A stretch of 30,762 nt of DNA. It comes from a candidate division WOR-3 bacterium (GTDB lineage: Bacteria; Hydrothermota; Tepidihabitantia; SM23-42; JAOAFX01). The notes below the pieces were generated by a model. The model was given only the letters and a program-made list of their open reading frames with translations. It ran no database searches and was not told where the DNA came from. The stretch is taken from contig JBBILZ010000031.1 of the NCBI GenBank assembly GCA_037444665.1, forward strand, positions 1-30,762. The letters run 5' to 3'. Both the position numbers and the translations under genes were made by a program. Shown here piece after piece: positions 28,627-30,762 of this stretch (position 1 is the stretch's first letter; each line of letters starts with the position of its first letter).

Positions 28627-29967
28627 ATGCTACTGACTTGTTTATTATTTGCCTCTTGGACTATGGAGGTAGTAACCATAAATACCAATGTGACGTGTCC
28701 CTCGCTTGCAATTGATTCATCAGGTAACCCTTACGTTCTCGTAGTATATGGTGAATTACTGACCTTGTTCTTTAAAGTCAATAGTAATTGGGTATGTGAT
28801 ACATTTGAAACCAGTGCGAGTGAATCATCTCCCGATATAGCAGTCGATAAAAATAATACCGTATGGACTATTTTTCGGAGTCAGATTGATAGCACTTACT
28901 TAATTGTTGCTTATAAAAATACTTCTGGTTGGATGAAGGATACTATTGATACCGGAGTAAATGTTGATTTTCGCTCAAAGGCGATTATCACAGACAGAGA
29001 AAACAATCCCCATATCACCTACGATAAACATATAATGCTTCCAGACGAAAGATACGGCTTCTATGGCTACAAGGAGGTATTTTCCTGGGTCATTGATACA
29101 GTTCCAAACAGTCTCACTTTCGGGTATTGTTGTGCAATTGATTGTGATTCTTTCAGCCAACCTCATATAAGTTGGTTGCGTTTCGAGCTATTTCCTCCAG
29201 CGGGTATTTTTCATTCACATAAGATGGGTTCTGACTGGTTTTCGCAACAAGTAGAGGCTACAGAATACCCAAGTCTCTGCCCTACTTCTATACGGGTGGG
29301 ACTCAACAATTTGCCGGTCATTGTTTATGAAAATGGTACAGGATGGTTGAATTGTGCTTACTATGACGGTGTCAGTTGGCATATTGATGTTGTAGATTCT
29401 CCTGGGGTCATTGGCACGCAGAAGGCGTTGGACATAGATTCTCTCGGAAAAACCTATTTTGTATACAATAATAACGTTGCCTATAAAGAAAATGGAGTCT
29501 GGCATATAGAACCATTGCCTTCCCTTAACCCACCACTTACATCCTCTCGACCAGGCGCGCTTCGCGTAGGTCGTGATGGCACAATCCATCTAACAAGGCT
29601 GGCTGCTAATTCCGACTGGAGTCATCGCGAAATCCATTATATCTATGGCACAACAGTAGGGACTGAAGAAGAAAAATCCCAATCCCCTCCGAGTAGACAA
29701 AAAGCCGAAAGGTTAAAATTAAATGTCACACCCAATATTGTTATTTGCGCCGCCCAAATCCAATATATAGTTCCGGAAAAACAACGCATCAGTTTGACAC
29801 TTTACGATATTCTCGGCAGACTGGTTGCCCAAATCGCCGAAGGCGTCTTTAAGCCCGGAATTTATACTCATAATCTTGATGCCTCCAATCTTAGTTCGGG
29901 TATTTATTTCCTGGTTCTTGAAGGTGAAAAAGAGAGAAAAACAGAGAAATTATTGATTGTGAGGTAG
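28627..29967 (+). CDS. Secreted beta-propeller-like protein with T9SS-like CTD
   Basis: WTMEVVT start and EIHYIYGT end shared with 25560..26918; CTD YDILGRLV...SGIYF. Confidence 0.8.
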   Translation: MLLTCLLFASWTMEVVTINTNVTCPSLAIDSSGNPYVLVVYGELLTLFFKVNSNWVCDTFETSASESSPDIAVDKNNTVWTIFRSQIDSTYLIVAYKNTSGWMKDTIDTGVNVDFRSKAIITDRENNPHITYDKHIMLPDERYGFYGYKEVFSWVIDTVPNSLTFGYCCAIDCDSFSQPHISWLRFELFPPAGIFHSHKMGSDWFSQQVEATEYPSLCPTSIRVGLNNLPVIVYENGTGWLNCAYYDGVSWHIDVVDSPGVIGTQKALDIDSLGKTYFVYNNNVAYKENGVWHIEPLPSLNPPLTSSRPGALRVGRDGTIHLTRLAANSDWSHREIHYIYGTTVGTEEEKSQSPPSRQKAERLKLNVTPNIVICAAQIQYIVPEKQRISLTLYDILGRLVAQIAEGVFKPGIYTHNLDASNLSSGIYFLVLEGEKERKTEKLLIVR

Positions 29968-30069
29968 CGTCCATCCGCCACACGGTATGGCGGATAACAA
30001 GGACGAGATTATTCCGTCCAGTTGAAACTGGACGCTACACCTGGAAAGGGTATTAAACTGGATGCTACA
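29964..30069. repeat. GTAG-family REP cluster (REPIN-like)
   Basis: GTAGCGTCC...GGACG (+, 29964-30005); GTAGCGTCCAGTT-TC-AACTGGACG (-, 30015-30038); half copy TGTAGCATCCAGTTT (-, 30055-30069). Confidence 0.7.
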
Positions 30070-30072
30070 TCG

Positions 30073-30357
30073 TCACTCTTTTAGCATTGCCTTTATCTCA
30101 TTCTCTTTGAACCCAACAATACACTTTTCATCATTGAACACGATTGTCGGAAATGAGCAGACAGGATTCCATTTCTCAACTTCTTTTCTAATCTTCTCCT
30201 TATCTGCTCCTTCCAGTAAATCAACATAGATATAATCAAATTCCACGCCAAGCTTCTCAAGTAATTCCTTTGTTTTCCTGCACCAGATACAGGTGCTTAA
30301 GGCATAGAGCATTATCTTACCTTTATCTCTGCCTGGAACATGTTTTATTTCAACCAT
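30073..30357 (-). CDS. Glutaredoxin/NrdH-like redoxin
   Basis: YALSTCIWC (CxxC), SFPTIV and IVGF. Confidence 0.9.
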   Translation of the reverse strand: MVEIKHVPGRDKGKIMLYALSTCIWCRKTKELLEKLGVEFDYIYVDLLEGADKEKIRKEVEKWNPVCSFPTIVFNDEKCIVGFKENEIKAMLKE

Positions 30358-30359
30358 TT

Positions 30360-30524
30360 TTACTTCTCCTCATCTTCCAACTCTTTTAAATACTTTTCTG
30401 GATTTTGTTCAAATGCCTTTTTGCAACCCGGGGCACAGAAGTAATACTTCTTGCCCTTATATTCAGTCGTCCATTTTGCGGTCTTTTCTGAGACCAGCAT
30501 CTTGCAGACCGGGTCTGTAGCCAT
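30360..30524 (-). CDS. YHS/TRASH metal-binding protein (54 aa); not in the ORF track
   Basis: MATDPVCKM...YKGKKYYFCAPGCKKAFEQNPEKY; SD GGGGGTGA. Confidence 0.9.
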   Translation of the reverse strand: MATDPVCKMLVSEKTAKWTTEYKGKKYYFCAPGCKKAFEQNPEKYLKELEDEEK

Positions 30525-30664
30525 TTTAATCACCCCCTTTCATTCGTTAATGGTTATACGGTTACGCAGCCCGTATCGTCTATCGTTAAAAGGCAGTACC
30601 CAATCAAAACCATTACCTTTACCTTTTTCACGAAACGGCATCGTTACCATAATCTTTTAACAAC

Positions 30665-30762
30665 AAGATATTCAGGGGGGATACCCCCTGAAAACCCCCG
30701 CTGTATAGCGAAGACTCACTTTGTGCAAAACCAATCTCAAACCATCCTTTCCTGAATATCTT
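30665..30762. repeat. 98-bp segment bounded by 12-bp perfect inverted repeats, with internal hairpin (MITE-like)
   Basis: AAGATATTCAGG (30665-30676) and CCTGAATATCTT (30751-30762); internal TTCAGGGGG-GATA-CCCCCTGAA. Confidence 0.55.

Noticed and set aside
28383..29870. Diversity-generating retroelement TR/VR pair
   Set aside because: There is no reverse transcriptase, both copies are coding, and the mismatches are not adenine-specific in one copy.
30540..30650. 36-aa minus-strand ORF (MVTMPFREKG...)
   Set aside because: No SD or recognisable motif; low-complexity intergenic-like sequence.
497..30660. Short antisense and alternate-frame ORFs in the track (e.g. 497..763, 7220..7528, 27492..28130, 30451..30660)
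   Set aside because: They are shadows of well-supported genes and carry no motifs.

Overview
AT-rich bacterial window, probably from an anaerobe. Five complete genes and one partial gene end in a 'GIEE...PN...IYD..GR.VK...G.YF' C-terminal sorting (T9SS-A/FlgD-Ig-like) domain, which suggests a WOR-3/FCB-type lineage (inference only). The minus-strand backbone holds an adenylate cyclase-STAND ATPase-TPR gene split by one in-frame TGA. It also holds a four-gene operon (GIY-YIG-like, isochorismatase, CxxC-less TrxB-like, atypical RlmN-like radical SAM) and a long PerR/Fur-led redox operon (desulforedoxin, ArsC, SOR, rubrerythrin, 2-oxoacid:ferredoxin oxidoreductase alpha/beta split by a VOC gene, peroxiredoxin, ferritin-like, exported SOR-like protein, nitroreductase, PAS-GGDEF). 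FTR-rubredoxin and YHS/glutaredoxin genes of the same theme are separated from it by two apparent insertions. The first carries a sigma54-promoted 14-repeat beta-propeller and an N4-methylase fused to a truncated endonuclease. The second is a plus-strand block of four secreted proteins led by a gingipain-like C25 protease. Main signals: a (TATC)5 tract that frameshifts the protease signal peptide (phase-variation-like OFF state); the radical SAM operon; a recurring TTGACA-N16-TATAAT-N5/6-ATG leaderless promoter; and a GTAG-type REP family with nested palindromes. No rRNA, tRNA, CRISPR or transposase was seen.
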